A stretch of DNA of 62,287 nt, the filler included, from Nemertoderma westbladi (taxonomy: Eukaryota > Animalia > Xenacoelomorpha), in the NCBI GenBank assembly GCA_032718475.1. It is 3 parts of 3 records of this genome, joined end to end, with 100 filler letters (N's around TTAATTAATTAA, not from the genome) between each part and the next. Parts side by side here need not be neighbours in the genome. Positions count along the whole stretch, not along the records: positions 1 to 24,015 come from JAUCBJ010006082.1; 2 more parts are not named here. One strand, written 5' to 3'. Every line of letters starts with the position of its first letter. Positions within the stretch are counted from its first letter, which is position 1. A program made the translations under genes and the position numbers. This document shows, one piece after another, positions 1-12,351 of this stretch. The notes beneath the pieces are model-generated. The model saw only the letters and a list, made by a program, of their open reading frames with translations. It ran no database searches and was not told the origin of the DNA.

Positions 1-2338
1 TGTCAATACTGGATGCTCCTCTACCAGTGTTAGATAACCTAACCCAGGAGACACATTTGGTTCAGGGTGTAACAAATGGACCCCTACAGTCGGCAGCAGG
101 GCTGTAGGCCATGGATAGGCGGAAGGTAATCAACCAACGGCTAGACATGCTGACAAGGTCGACGGCGACCTACTGCGAAGACGCTTGTAGGAGTTGCGAC
201 CACAAGCGGTTTACCCTCGCAACTGAAAGATATGAGCAAGAGAACCCTCCAGGAGAAATACCGGCTCTGTCGTCGCCCGGGTCAACAAGGACCGCGTCCC
301 TCAGTGGTACACCAGGCTGGGGTCGATAAATCGGCTACTGGAACAGAAGACAGAGAAGAAAGAAGAACCAACCAGCTGAAATATAAAAAGACACTAAAGA
401 TTGCTACAATGAACGCACGCACGCTGAAAGCACATAACAAACAGGGTGACATGGTCGCTCTAGCAATGGAATATAACATCGATATCATCTGCATCCAAGA
501 ACATCGGATTTGTCATGAAGACACTGCCATGAAGTACAATGACATTGGAAATGAATGGACGTTAGTAACAAGCTCAGCGGTAAGAAACTCGGCCAATGCA
601 TCAATTGGAGGAGTAGGAATTCTGCTAAGTCCATTTACACTTAAGACCCTAAACAAAACAACATCGAATCTATAAATTCCAGGGTTATGATAGCAACATT
701 TGAAGGGAATCCCAAGACAACAGTAATATGTTGCTACAGTCCAAACAATGCCTCGGAGCCTTTATGAAGATCTGACTGGTGGACTTATAAAGGACAGCCC
801 GAAACACAATGTTAAAGTCATTGCTGGTGACCTTAATGCTCAAATTGGCCCAGAAGACATCAAGGGTTACACCTATAACACCAGTTCTAACAGAAATGGG
901 TACTTACTTTTAGACCCAATGGAAGAATGTGAATTGATACCAACAAACACCACATTCGAAAAGAGTAAGGGGAAGCTATGGACCTTTCAATACCCTAATG
1001 GAACCAAAGCACAACTGGATTACATCATTATAAACAAAAAGTGGAGAAACAGCGGGTTATCGTTCATATGCGTACCGGTGGTGTTACAGTGGTGGTGTTT
1101 TCTAACCAAAACAATAAACTAATCTCCATTACTTAATTAACGGAAAGGAGCATGTTACAGTGGTGGGCTTTTCTAACCATAACAATAAACAATATCTCAA
1201 TAACATAGGGTATTTCATACTTATAGTCTTATTTTTGCAATACAAAAATACCAACGGTACGGATATGAACTATAACTCAACTGCGAAGCATACAGCTCGT
1301 TCAACCTAATTTGTTCGGACCACAGAATTGTGACTGCAGAGATCAGACTCAGTTTGAGAGCCAGCAAATCTAGGACAAGCAAGAAAATCAACTTTGACTG
1401 GGAGAAACTCAGAACTGACAATGCAGTAAAGGATGCTTACACAGTAGAAGATCAAAACCGCTTTGAAACACTTCAGTCAATGGATGAAGACCAGTCCACC
1501 GATTCAATATACCAGAATATAATAAAAGCCCACAAGGAATCAGCTAAGAGGCATATCCCCCAGAAACCCAAACGAAAACAATGTGCCATGGCAAAACTCT
1601 GAGGTTACTTGTAAGAGAGAAGATCTTAAGATAGCCTACAAAGTAATAACTGAACAACCAACAACCGAAAACATTAACAAGGTTGATAATGCTAAGGATG
1701 ATCTTAAATTGGCCTACAACATCAGCCAGAAAAAGTACATACAGGATACAATTGAAGCAATTACAACTGCTCACATACAGAAACAATCAAGACTTACCTG
1801 GCAAACTGTGAATGAGGTATCTGGTCGGAAAAGTTGCGCAAAGGGGCGCCTCAAAGCCGATAGCCCCGAAGAACGTGTGGGGAAGTGGAAAAATCACTTC
1901 AGCAACTTGCTTGGGCAGCCACCAAACATCGAGGTCAGCCCTACAAGGAAAATATAAGACAAGACACTACCTATAGAAACAGGGGACTTCACACCTGCCG
2001 AACTCCAAAGAAGCATTAAAAGCATGTCCAATAATAAAGCGAGTGGATTAGATGAAATCTCCGCGGAGGTATGGAAAACAGGAGTGCTAAACAGACCATT
2101 ATTGAATGTTTGCAACCGGATGTTAAAAGGGGAAAAGCCACCACCAATTTGGACTAAAGATCAACTAAAGCTTCTCCCCAAGAAAGGAGACCTCGGTATA
2201 CTGGCCATAACACATATAGATCAACTTGAAAGGGATACTGAACTTGGGAGAAACGAAATTGCGACAACTATGGAGAATCAGGAAGCCTGGAAGGATCTCA
2301 TTCCCACTGTCCGAGTTCGCTCGACAGTAGTAGTAGTA
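1..2338 (+). mobile_element. Degenerate RTE/RTEX-group non-LTR retrotransposon (APE endonuclease plus linker; RT core internally deleted), lying in intron 1 of the ZRANB1-like gene
   Basis: APE motifs across frameshifted ORFs (IATMNARTL, ICIQEHR, GGVGILLS, IAGDLNA, QLDYII, SDHRIV). RT N-terminus GLDEI..PKKGDLG jumps at ~2200 straight to the C-terminal end. (AGT)n tail at ~2326-2338. Confidence 0.9.
1054..1278. mobile_element. MITE inserted in the LINE endonuclease
   Basis: 28-bp imperfect TIRs (gggttatcgttcatatgcgtaccggtgg / ccaacggtacggatatgaactataactc, 4 mismatches) interrupt the KWRNS..NCEAY motif. Internal ~38-bp duplication. No clear TSD. Confidence 0.75.
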
Positions 2339-3156
2339 CCCAAGCCTTTGCTTTCCTAACTTCTATGTCCTTTTTGCTACTCCCTATCCATGATCCAAGG
2401 TACTGGAAGTCGTCGACCGTACTTAGTTGATTATTATCCATGGTTGTCAAGTTTCCGGCAACATTAAAGGTCATGAATTCGGTCTTGGTAGCATTTAGAT
2501 GCAATCCAACCTCCTTAGCAGCCCTCTCCACTGCGGGGAGATTCTTTGACTTAATTCCTTCAATCAGTCTCCGTAGTGCAAGAATCTTTTTTTTGAGCTA
2601 TTGTTGATCTATTTGGTCGAAATCCGTTTTGGCTCTTACGCAGTAGTTTCTCTATGTGACTGTGTGAGGCCTAATCCTATATAGAATCATTTTATTGTAT
2701 ATATATTTGGGATTTCATCTAATCCACTCGCTTTATTATTGGACATGCTTTTAATGCTTCTTTGGAGTTCGGCAGGCAGCAGGTGTGAAGTCCCCTGTTT
2801 CTATAGGTAGTGTCTTGTCATATATTTTCCTTGTAGGGCTGACCTCGATGTTTGGTGGCTGCCCAAGCAAGTTGCTGAAGTGATTTTTCCACTTCCCAAC
2901 ACGTTCTTCAGGACTACAGACTCTCGGCTTTGAAGTGCCCCTTTGCACAACTTTTCCAACCAGATACCTCATTTACAGTTTGCCAGGTAAGTCTTGATTG
3001 TTGCTGTATGTAGTAAGCTGTTGTAATTGTTTCAATTTTATCCTGTATGTACTTTTCCTGGCTGATGTTGTAGGCCAATTTAAGATCGTCCTTAGCTCTC
3101 TCAGCCTTCAGACCTTGTTAATGTTTTCGGTTGTTGGTTGTTCGGTTTCAACTTTG
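2336..3156 (-). mobile_element. Inverted, internally deleted fragment of the same RTE-group LINE
   Basis: Reverse complement matches ~1640-2060 (SPEERVGKWKNHFSNLLGQPP). Also carries RT pieces (YNKMIL..RIR, QNGFRPNRST, VDDFQYLGSWI, KAKAW). Confidence 0.88.
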
Positions 3157-3278
3157 TATCTATCCACTCCGCAATGCGCTACCAATTATAATGCAGCACC
3201 AGCAATGGCAATACGGACTAGTCTGAACTGAATACAGACTGACAGACTAAACATGCCAGAGTGCTAGAGACAACTAAC

Positions 3279-3400
3279 CTGTTCTTCCTGCACATTGTAC
3301 AACGCGTAGCTGATGGCCAATTCTCGTACGTGCACTCCTGGCAAACCCATTTCTTAAACTTGACACTGGATGTGGCTTCGGAACAAGGCCACGATGTCAT
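3279..3400 (-). CDS. ZRANB1: First coding exon of ZRANB1/Trabid OTU deubiquitinase (NZF/RanBP2 zinc finger 1); the gene continues beyond the left window edge
   Basis: KWVCQECTYENWPSATRCTMCR closely resembles the TRABID N-terminal NZF (KWACEYCTYENWPSAIKCTMCR, recalled). Splice donor AG|GTTAGT on the minus strand at 3279/3278. Confidence 0.8.
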
Positions 3401-3635
3401 TATTATATTCGCAGATTTGAAGTTACCTCTTAGTCCTACTCTGCTACTGTCAGACTGTAGACTGTCCTACCCGACCCTTAACTCAGTAACTGTATTTTGT
3501 TTATTACAGTATTTATTATCTGACATACTGATTAGGGCCTACTGGCCAAGGCCTATCAGCTATTATTACTATTAGCTGATCAGACTATAAGCTGATAAAC
3601 CTACTGCCTACCCGCAGACCCGCCTACACCCTGAC

Positions 3636-5191
3636 TAGGGTTCAACAGAAGGCACTTTATGGGGCCGAACCGAACCAGGGCCAACTTCGGGCCGAATCGA
3701 ACCGAATCCGAACCGAAGTTCAGAAAGTTAGCAAGTTATGGTCATAAATTCGTATTTACGTCACTATCAGACTATACTGGCTGCCTGGCAGTGGCAGACT
3801 GGTACCTATATGGTCTGAGGACTTAGCGAGAAAGCTATGATTAATTAAAAAAATAAATACTACAAAATAAAATGGCAATATTTACATTACTGTACATTAC
3901 TAACCTAAACTACTGTATGCATGCACTTTACTGTATGCACCACATTTTCACCCGTAGTAATAGTAAGCCGTTCAGTAGTGACATCAAATTTAGAAAACCT
4001 CACTAAAAGTACAGGTAGTCTTTGTAATACTATTTATATGAGGTAGTTGGTATATTTGGTATTATGTATCAAAGTTATGATTAATTAAAAAATAGGGTAC
4101 TACAAAGTAAAATGGCAATATTTAGCCTAACCTAAACTAGTGTATAATTAAGCTAATTTTGAAACTACCCAAGTAACCTGGAAACAATTAAAAAAATAAT
4201 GCCATTTAAATGGAAGTTCAGTCCAAAATTAAGGGTGTAAACGTCAAGCAGACAGTGGTGCAGACACCTGGCAGCCTGGTGCGGTCAGTGGTGCAGACAC
4301 TGGTGCAGACAGTGGTGCAGCGTGCAGACAGTGGTGCAGACACTGGTGCAAACAGTGGTGCAGACAGTGGTGCAGACACCTGGTGCGGACAGTGGTGCAG
4401 ACACCTGGTGCGGACAGTGGTGCAGACAGTGGTGCAGACACTGGTGGAGACAGTGGTGCAGACATTGGTGCAGACAGTGGTGCAGACACTGGTGCAGACA
4501 GTCTTGCAGACACTGGTGCAGACAGTGGTGCAGACACTGGTCCAGACAGTGGTGCAGACACCTGGTGAAAATACTGAAATACCAGAGTACCACAAAACAC
4601 AATACCACCACGCACTATTATATTATATTTTATCATAGACTTCATTATCTACAAATATGCGAGTAATTACTGAAAGGTTCTACATGAAGTAGGGAGGACG
4701 TATGTAGTACAAGTCGAGGTGCGTGCGGGTGAATGTGCCCTGATTACAAATAATTAGGCCTATAAGAGGTGTGTACGAAAATAATTAAGTGCAGACTGCA
4801 CCAGTCTGCAAAAGGTGCCTGCACCACTGTCTGCTCCACTGCCTGCATCAGTGTCTGCACCACTGTCTGCACCAGTGTCTGCACCACTGTCTGCACCACT
4901 GTCTGCACCAGGTGTCTGCACCACTGTCTGCATCACTGTCTGCACCACTGTCTGCTCTGCACCAGTGTCTGCTTAACGTTTACACTCCAAAATTAATTAG
5001 TACAACGATGGACAGATTGATTAGTCTTACTGTCTTCTGGTCTTAGCTCAATCAGTCAATGTAATACTTGGAATATTTAGCAAAGTTTGCTCCGGGCTTC
5101 TGTCAGTCTGTAGTATCAATTGCAGAAGCCGAACCGAACCGAAATTGCCAAACTTCGGCCCGAACCGAACCGAAGCTTCTGTTGAGCCCTA
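3636..5191. mobile_element. Non-autonomous hAT element, copy 1
   Basis: TIRs tagggttcaacagaag / cttctgttgagcccta, subterminal ccgaa repeats, perfect 8-bp TSD accctgac (3628-3635, 5192-5199). Confidence 0.9.
4233..4987. mobile_element. MULE-like foldback element nested in hAT copy 1; arms made of a 12-bp minisatellite (gacagtggtgca)n
   Basis: Termini gggtgtaaacg / cgtttacactc; 9-bp TSD caaaattaa (4224-4232, 4988-4996); the repeat arms are in opposite orientation. Confidence 0.82.
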
Positions 5192-5438
5192 ACCCTGACA
5201 CCTACTCTACAGACCTCACGACCTAGTGCGTAGTGCAGTACACCCAGGCTGCCAGGTTGGAATTTATGTAGAGTTTGCTCAACATGCTGACATGAGTGAC
5301 ATGTGTGGCGCGCATTACGGATCCTGGCGCAGAGCAACAGGGTCGTGGATCCTGGTGCGCATATGGACATATGTATGTATGTCATTGTCATGTAACAGTA
5401 GCAGTGCGCTGGCAACATATCCACTCTACTTTAAGTTA

Positions 5439-6860
5439 TAATACAACAACCATTTTTAGGGGGTCGGAGCCCCCCCCCCCCCCCCCCCCCCCCCCTATTT
5501 TTTTTCAAATTTCAATAAAATGCTACGAAATTTGGTATGGCAGTATGGTGATAGATCGATACCTTTTCTTACTGGTGGCCTGGCCGGATTTTTTAATTTA
5601 TGAGCTATTTCGATACAACAAGCCGTTAAAAATCGTATATTTCGCAATATTTAGCCACCTCCGTCAGCTTTATTTTTCGTCTTTGGAATGAGATCTAGAT
5701 ATCATTAGAACCGTCTTCATCAAAAGATTCTGAATATGAAACCCGTTGTAAATTTCACCAAGAACTTCCGGACAGCCGGAGATATTATCAAAATACTAAG
5801 TTGTAAATTTTTGTAACGTAAATCGCTATACAGCTAGGGTCCTACGAATTACCCAAAAAAACACAATATTACCCAAAAAAACACAAAAAAATACAAAAAA
5901 TTACACAAAAAAACACAATTTTACCCAAAAAAAACTACCCCAAAAGACAAAAAAAAATGTTTTTCATAAACAATGTATCTACAATAAGATTTAGGTTAAT
6001 TGTAAGAAGAGTTTCACTTTTCAGTTTTAAATTTTCACTTTTTTCAAAATATTACATTTTGTTCATTTGAAGATTCCTTTAATGACCTACTGCCACCGGT
6101 TTACCGGTAAGCCTACCCAGTACACACCCATACTGCCATTTTGGGAAAGTTTTTTTTGGGTAATATTGTGTTTTTTTGTGTTTTATTGTGTTTTTTATGT
6201 TTTTTTTGGGTAAATTTTTGTGTTTTTTGTGTATTTTTGGGTAATTTTGTGTTTTTTTTGGGTAATTCGTAGGACCGATATAGCTATAATTCTAATGTTT
6301 TATATACTCAATTCTAGAATATTAATTATGGCAGTATGGATAATGAAAAAACAAGACAGCAAGATGGAGAGTTTTAAACGCTCAGCTAAATAATAATTAA
6401 TATTCTAGAATATAGAATTACCGGTATTAAAAAAAAAAATATTCTAGAATAAAGACAACAAAACATCAGAATTATAGCGATTTACGTCTCTAAATTTACA
6501 CATTAGTATTTTGATGTTTTGATAATATCTTTACCAATTATTGGTTAAATTTAAAACGGTTTTCAGATTCGGAATTTACAGACGAAGGCACTTCGAATTA
6601 TATCTAGATTACATCATACATTTCAAAGACGTAAAATAAAGTCTATGGAGGTGGTTAAACATTGCTAAATAGGCATTTTATAAGGGATTGCTGTATGGAA
6701 ATAACTGAGAAATTGAAAAATCCGGCCAGGCCACCAGTAAAAAAAGGTGTCAATCTATCATCATACCGAATTTCGTAGCATTTTACCGGTATTGAAATTT
6801 GAAAAAAATTAGGGGGGGGGGGGGGCTCCGACTGACCCCCTAAAAATGGTTGTTGTATTA
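5439..6860. mobile_element. Long-TIR foldback/MITE (TA-flanked)
   Basis: taatacaacaaccatttttagggggtc at the left end and its reverse complement ending at 6860; imperfect inverted arms several hundred bp long. Confidence 0.8.
5837..6277. mobile_element. MITE (ggtcctacgaattaccc termini) nested in the foldback element
   Basis: TIR gggtcctacgaattaccc / gggtaattcgtaggaccg; A-rich and T-rich arms; 9-bp near-TSD atacagcta/atatagcta. Confidence 0.8.
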
Positions 6861-7733
6861 CTTATTATTTATTAAACACGGTGAAATATTTATAAAAATG
6901 TTAACACCGGAGAAAAACAACAAGGTACACTTACTGCTTACGGTCAAACCAGGTATACTAATAGTCGAATTGAGATCAGAAAAACACGAATGAATAAAAT
7001 TAGTGACTAATGCATCTTATATCTTAAGAAAATAAAAACGGACAGTACATACTAAAGAGAGAAATCAAGCAGTCAGGGAGATCATCAAATTTGAGAATAC
7101 CTCAAATTTCAAATTATAGACCCAATTTTGGAATTACCTCAAATTTAATACAAGGTTAGGTTAATTCTCTAAATTGAGTTTTACCCCAAATTTGAATTTC
7201 ATAGCAGCATAGGCCTAGTCAGATACAGACAGAAGTCATAGTTGGCCTAGTTCAGTCTGTCAGTAGTTGTTAGCTTCAGCTTGTTACTGTATTGCAAAGG
7301 TAAAAAAATAAACTGATGTATGTAGGCCTAGTGCAGTAGTGTCTGAGTGTTGTGAAATATAATATTTAAAACATATTCAGTATTAAGTTTAAAAAGGCTT
7401 ATACTTAAAAAGGCTTCTGGTAGGGGTGCAGTGGGGTGGTATGATCAGATGGTAGACATATAAAACGAAGTACAGAGCAAATCAAAACTGCATCCCGCAT
7501 CAGTACATACATATCATGCATATTACATAATTAGGCCTACAATGCAACATTATTTTAATGATCAAATTAATTATTCTAAGTATTATAAGCAGGGATCGCA
7601 TACATACAGTCAGACATCAGTAGTTACTTTTTGCGGTAGTGGTATGACTTTGCGGTAGCCTTACTGCCTTAGCCAGTTAGAGGTGTATGTATACCATACC
7701 ACATACCGCGGTCAGGCGGTAGTTGAGTTATAT

Positions 7734-8107
7734 ACACATCTCCAACCAGACGCTATATAACATGAGTTGGAGTTGGAGGTGTCTCATTGGTTCCACAAAG
7801 CTTGACACTAGAACAAAGCCGTCTCCGCTTTGCAGGACATTGCTTTCGCCGTGAGGACCAGCCAGTGCACCTCATGGAGTGAATAAGCATGGTGGACAGC
7901 CCATGACTTTCCTGATACGCATCTTTCTTACTGTCTTAAAGGACACTGGCCTTGAAGATGCGGATGATCTAACAAATGTCATGGGTGATAAGGCTGTAAG
8001 TAAGGGAGTTGTGGAGGCGCAATTTTGTCAACAAGCCGGCACAGCATTCTTAATAGGACCTATATATATAATGCAGCTGCAATGCAGCATGCCGATTGTA
8101 GTATTAG
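7734..8107 (+). mobile_element. 3' fragment of the RTE-group LINE family seen at 25891-28290
   Basis: Matches ~27943-28285 (LRFAGHCFRREDQPVH, GVNKHGGQPMTFL, 3' UTR aatgcagctgcaatgcag, degenerate tag tail). Confidence 0.85.
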
Positions 8108-8860
8108 TTGGTTAGAAAAGCCTGCTTCTGTATGTATAAGCACATGCTGCATGCCCTATGCAGCTATGTCTGTATGTGGTGATAGGGCTCCTTCAATTGC
8201 TAAAGTCAATAGTGGCCGTTTATTGTTTTAGTTAGAAAAGCCTGCCTCTGTAACCTGTTCCTTTCCCCCAATTGGTTCATGTTTTATTATGTGAAGAGTG
8301 AAGACCCCAACACGTTAATCAGATAATCCCCTTTCATTATCCAGCCGTTTTAAAATACCCTTCCTGTTGTATGGAAAAATTAGAAGAGATGGTCAGATGG
8401 TGGTAGCCGTAGCATCAACTTGTAGTATTTCTTTCTGATAGGGCTCCCATAGGTGATAGGCTTAGACGAAATCGTAGCGTAGCTTGTACTGTAGTTAGCC
8501 TTAGCAGCAGCTGCAGTTGGCAAACCTGGCATTGCTACCAGTTTCCACCAAATATAATTTGGAATTAAATATTTGTTGGAGCATAATCCAATCTAGTCCT
8601 AAAGACTCTAAAGTCCTGGGTACATAAGGCTGTAAGGTTAGACATAACATGAATGTAAACTAAACAATATACTAAAAGTAAAGTACAAAGTACCTAGAAT
8701 GCTAGAATGTACCATTATATTCTAAGTACCGGTACAGTACGCCTGTACACTGAAGATACATACAGAGAGCTGCAAAGGTAACTTTCCATAACTTAATAGC
8801 TGTCTGGCTGTCTCTCATCTGTCATGCTTCATGTACCTTTAAGTTTGATTCTCAATGTCA

Positions 8861-9137
8861 CGTCCAAAATTGGACTTAAAGTCCAATATTGGACTTTTGT
8901 AATAATTCAAAGCCTTATAAAATAAGTTCCCCCTGGTGAATTTCAGGTCCCCCTGTTCAAAACTCTTACTTTTTGATATACTTTCGATTAAAAAAATAAA
9001 ATCCCGCCCGATCCAATTACCCAAGGCCCTGGAACAATTGGCTGATTTGAAGTCCAATATTGGACACACAGAAGTCCAAATTTGGACTTGAACTGGAGTC
9101 GAAGTCCAATTTTGGACTCAAGTCCAATTTTTGACTT
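8861..9137. repeat. Cluster of about six ~14-16-bp palindromes gtccaaWWttggac
   Basis: Copies near 8862, 8881, 9052, 9074, 9104 and 9122. Confidence 0.65.
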
Positions 9138-9357
9138 CTCACCGACTGGTAGTAGGCCTACTTTTTTTCCCTAATGGTAGGGAAAAAGTTGTCCCCATAA
9201 TATCTGAATATTGTAACTTTTTGTTGGGCACAGTTTTTGCAAAGTCGGCAACACAGCAATCTGCAATAATATTGCCACATAATAATGTACCATGTAGAGC
9301 CATAATTTTGCATTGATTTTACTTTTTCTCCCGGTAAAAAAAGTAAAATAAAACATT

Positions 9358-9638
9358 GGCACTTGTGTCAACAAGTGTCCTACTGTCCCAGCTCCTAAAT
9401 CTGCTAATCCTGAAATCACCTAAACTAAAGTCACTTTCACTAGCTGAGCTGATTAGTGCCCGGTTGCAGGGTTAGCAAAGAAGCAGGTTACAGAGGTGAG
9501 TTGAAAGTAACCAAAATCAATAAACAAGAGTTAGGAATGTTGATATCACCTGCACTAAAATTCAGGATTAGCTGGTGATTTCAGGATTAGCAGATTAGGA
9601 GGGCTGGAGGGTCACCTATTTGATTTGACACAAGTGCC
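9358..9638. mobile_element. MITE
   Basis: TIR ggcacttgtgtcaa / ttgacacaagtgcc; internal IR aatctgctaatcctgaaatcacc; 8-bp near-TSD aaaacatt/aaaatatt. Confidence 0.75.
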
Positions 9639-10374
9639 AAAATATTTTTGGTGGAATTTCTAAAATTCCATTGAATGTGTTGATCAAAATTTTTGATCGA
9701 AATTTGAGCAAAATCCATCCCTACACACTATTGCAATGCAACTTTAGTGCCTGCAAGGTGTACTCCAGAGATGAGATAAAGCCTCGAGAATAGGTTAGTG
9801 AAAAAGGTTATACTTTTTGCCCAAGTTATAAATGATTCTGGTTCCTCATAAGGTCAAATTAAAAGGATGTATGTATGTGTATAGTATAAACAAACAGTCA
9901 CTTAGATTTCTAAAACATTTCAGATGTCTTGATAAGAAAGAATAGGTGTTGTATGGAACATGCAGACATGGCAGCATGGGCACATGGGCGGGGCCGGGGC
10001 ATGGCCTTTGCTTCATAATTTTATATATATATGGCCAGGTCATGATTGCATTGGATGTCTGGCTGGGATATTAAAATAGTCTGCGAGGATGTTGCACATT
10101 GTTGTAATGGAGATCAGGTTTAGATCTTTACATATAAGTTTAAAGCACATTATCAAATTGAACTTTATAGGTCTGTAGGTAGTGGTTCCAACCTTCTCCA
10201 GTCGTATAGAATAAGCTAGGGTTCAACAGAAGGCACTTTATGGTGCCGAACCGAACCGAACCGAAGCAGGGCCAACTTCGGGCCGAACCGAACCGAATCC
10301 GAACCGAAGTTCAGAAAGTTAGCAAGTTATGGTCATAAATTCGTCTTTACATCACTATACTGGCTGACTGGCAG

Positions 10375-10844
10375 CGGTCCTACGAATTACCCCAAAATAC
10401 CCCAAAACACCCCAAAAGACCCCAAAATAGTATAAAACTACCCCAAAATACCCCAAAATAGTTTAGAATTACCCCAAAATACCCCAAAATAGTTTAGAAT
10501 TACCCCAAAATACTTTTTTTTCAGCCTTTGTTTTGGAAATTTAATTTACCCCAAAATATGGCAAAATGACGAATTACCCCAAAATAATGACGAATTACCC
10601 CAAAATAATTAAAAATTTTTTCTTCACTCTCGTTTATTGTTTTGGTTAAAAAAACTTGCCACTGTAACCTGCTCCTTTCCCTCGCTGTTAAAAAACATGG
10701 TTAGCTTATTTTGGGGTATTTTGGGGTAATTTTTTAGCCTTTTTGGGGTATTTTGGGGTAATATTTGACTATTTTGGGGTATTTTGGAGTATTTTGGGGT
10801 ATTTTGGGGTGTTTTGGGGTATTTTGGGGTAATTCGTAGGACCC
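10375..10844. mobile_element. MITE (ggtcctacgaattacccc termini) nested in hAT copy 2 only
   Basis: TIR with 10-bp accccaaaat repeat arms; TSD actggcag on both sides; hAT copy 1 shows the empty site at ~3785. Confidence 0.88.
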
Positions 10845-11297
10845 ACTGGCAGTGGCAGACTGGTACCTATTTGGTCTGCGGACTTAGCAAGAAAGCTATG
10901 ATTAATTAAAATAAGAAGTACTACAAAATAAAATGACAATATTTACATTACTGTACAGCATTACTAACCTAAACTGCTGTATACTTACTGCTACTGTACC
11001 ACATTTTCATCCGTAGTAAGCCGTACAGTAGTGACATCAAATTTAGAGAACCTCACTAAAAGTACAGGTAGTACTATTTATATGACAGTATGAGGTAGTA
11101 GGTATATTTCTGTATTTGGTATTATGTATCAAAGTTATGATTAATTAAAAAATAGGTACTACAAAGTAAAATGGCAATAGGCCTATTTAGCCTAACCTAA
11201 ACTACTGTATAATTAAGCTAATTTTGAAACTACCCAAGTAAACTGAAAACAATTAAAAAAATAATGCCATTTAAATGGAAGTTCAGTCCAAAATTAA

Positions 11298-12351
11298 GGG
11301 TGTAAACGTTAAGCAGACAGTGGTGCAGTGCAGGCAGTGGTGCAGACACCTGGTGCGGACAGTGGTGCAGACAGTGGTGCAGCGTGCAGACAGTGGTGCA
11401 GGCACTGGTGCAGACACTGGTGGAGACAGTGGTGGAGACAGTGGTGCAGACACAGGTGCAGACAGCAGACAGTGGTGCAGACAGTCAGACAGTGGTGCAG
11501 CGTGCAGACAGTGGTTCAGACACTGGTGCAGACACTGGTGCAGACAGTGGTGCAGACACTGGTGCAGACAGTGGTGCAGACACTGGTGCAGACAGTGGTG
11601 CAGACACTGGTGCAGACAGTGGTGCGGCAGACACTGGTGCAGACAGTGGTACAGACAGTGATGCAGACACTGGTGCAGACTGGTGCAGAAAGTGGTGCAG
11701 ACACTGGTGCAGACAGTGGTGCAGACACTGGTGCAGACAGTGATGCAGACAGTGGTGCAGACTGGTGCAGAAAGTGGTGCAGACACTGGTGCAGACAGTC
11801 AGACAGTGGTGCAGACAGTGCAGACTAACTACAGTAAGGTCTCAGGAATTGTTAGTCCGCGAGTATTCTTAGCCTGCGAGTATTCTTGGCCCTTGGGTAT
11901 TCTTAGCCTCCAAAACAATAACGTTTATTGTTTTGGTTCCCCCAATACTCCTCTGAAACCTGCCACCTGCTCCTTTACTAAACTGCTCCTTTACTAACCT
12001 GCTCGCCCCTTTCAGCCTTTACTGTCTGCACCAGTGTCTGCACCAGTATCTGCACCACTGTCTGCACCACTGGCTGCACCCTGCACCACTGTCTGCACCA
12101 CTGGCTGCACCACTGTCTACACCACCCAGCCACTGTCTGCACCACTGTCTGCACCAGGTGTCTGCACCACTGTCTGCAACACTGTCTGCACCACTGTCTG
12201 TATCAAAGCCTGCACAACTGTCTGCACCAGTGGCTGCACGACTGCACCACTGTCTGCACTAGGTGTCTGCACCACTGTCTGCATCACTGTCTGCACCACT
12301 GTCTGTACCTACTGTCTGCTCTGCACCAGTGTCTGCTTAACGTTTGCACCC
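11298..12351. mobile_element. MULE-like 12-bp-minisatellite foldback element nested in hAT copy 2
   Basis: Same termini and same TSD caaaattaa (11289-11297, 12352-12360) as 4233-4987. Confidence 0.82.

Noticed and set aside
1-230. HDV-like ribozyme in the RTE 5' UTR
   Set aside because: Expected for some RTE elements and a ctcctc word is present, but I could not build the nested double pseudoknot; the window may cut it.
4210-5046. ORFs with VVQT/CRQW/GADS/APLS repeats (also 11275-12360)
   Set aside because: Translations of a stop-free 12-bp minisatellite in transposon arms; open in most frames on both strands.
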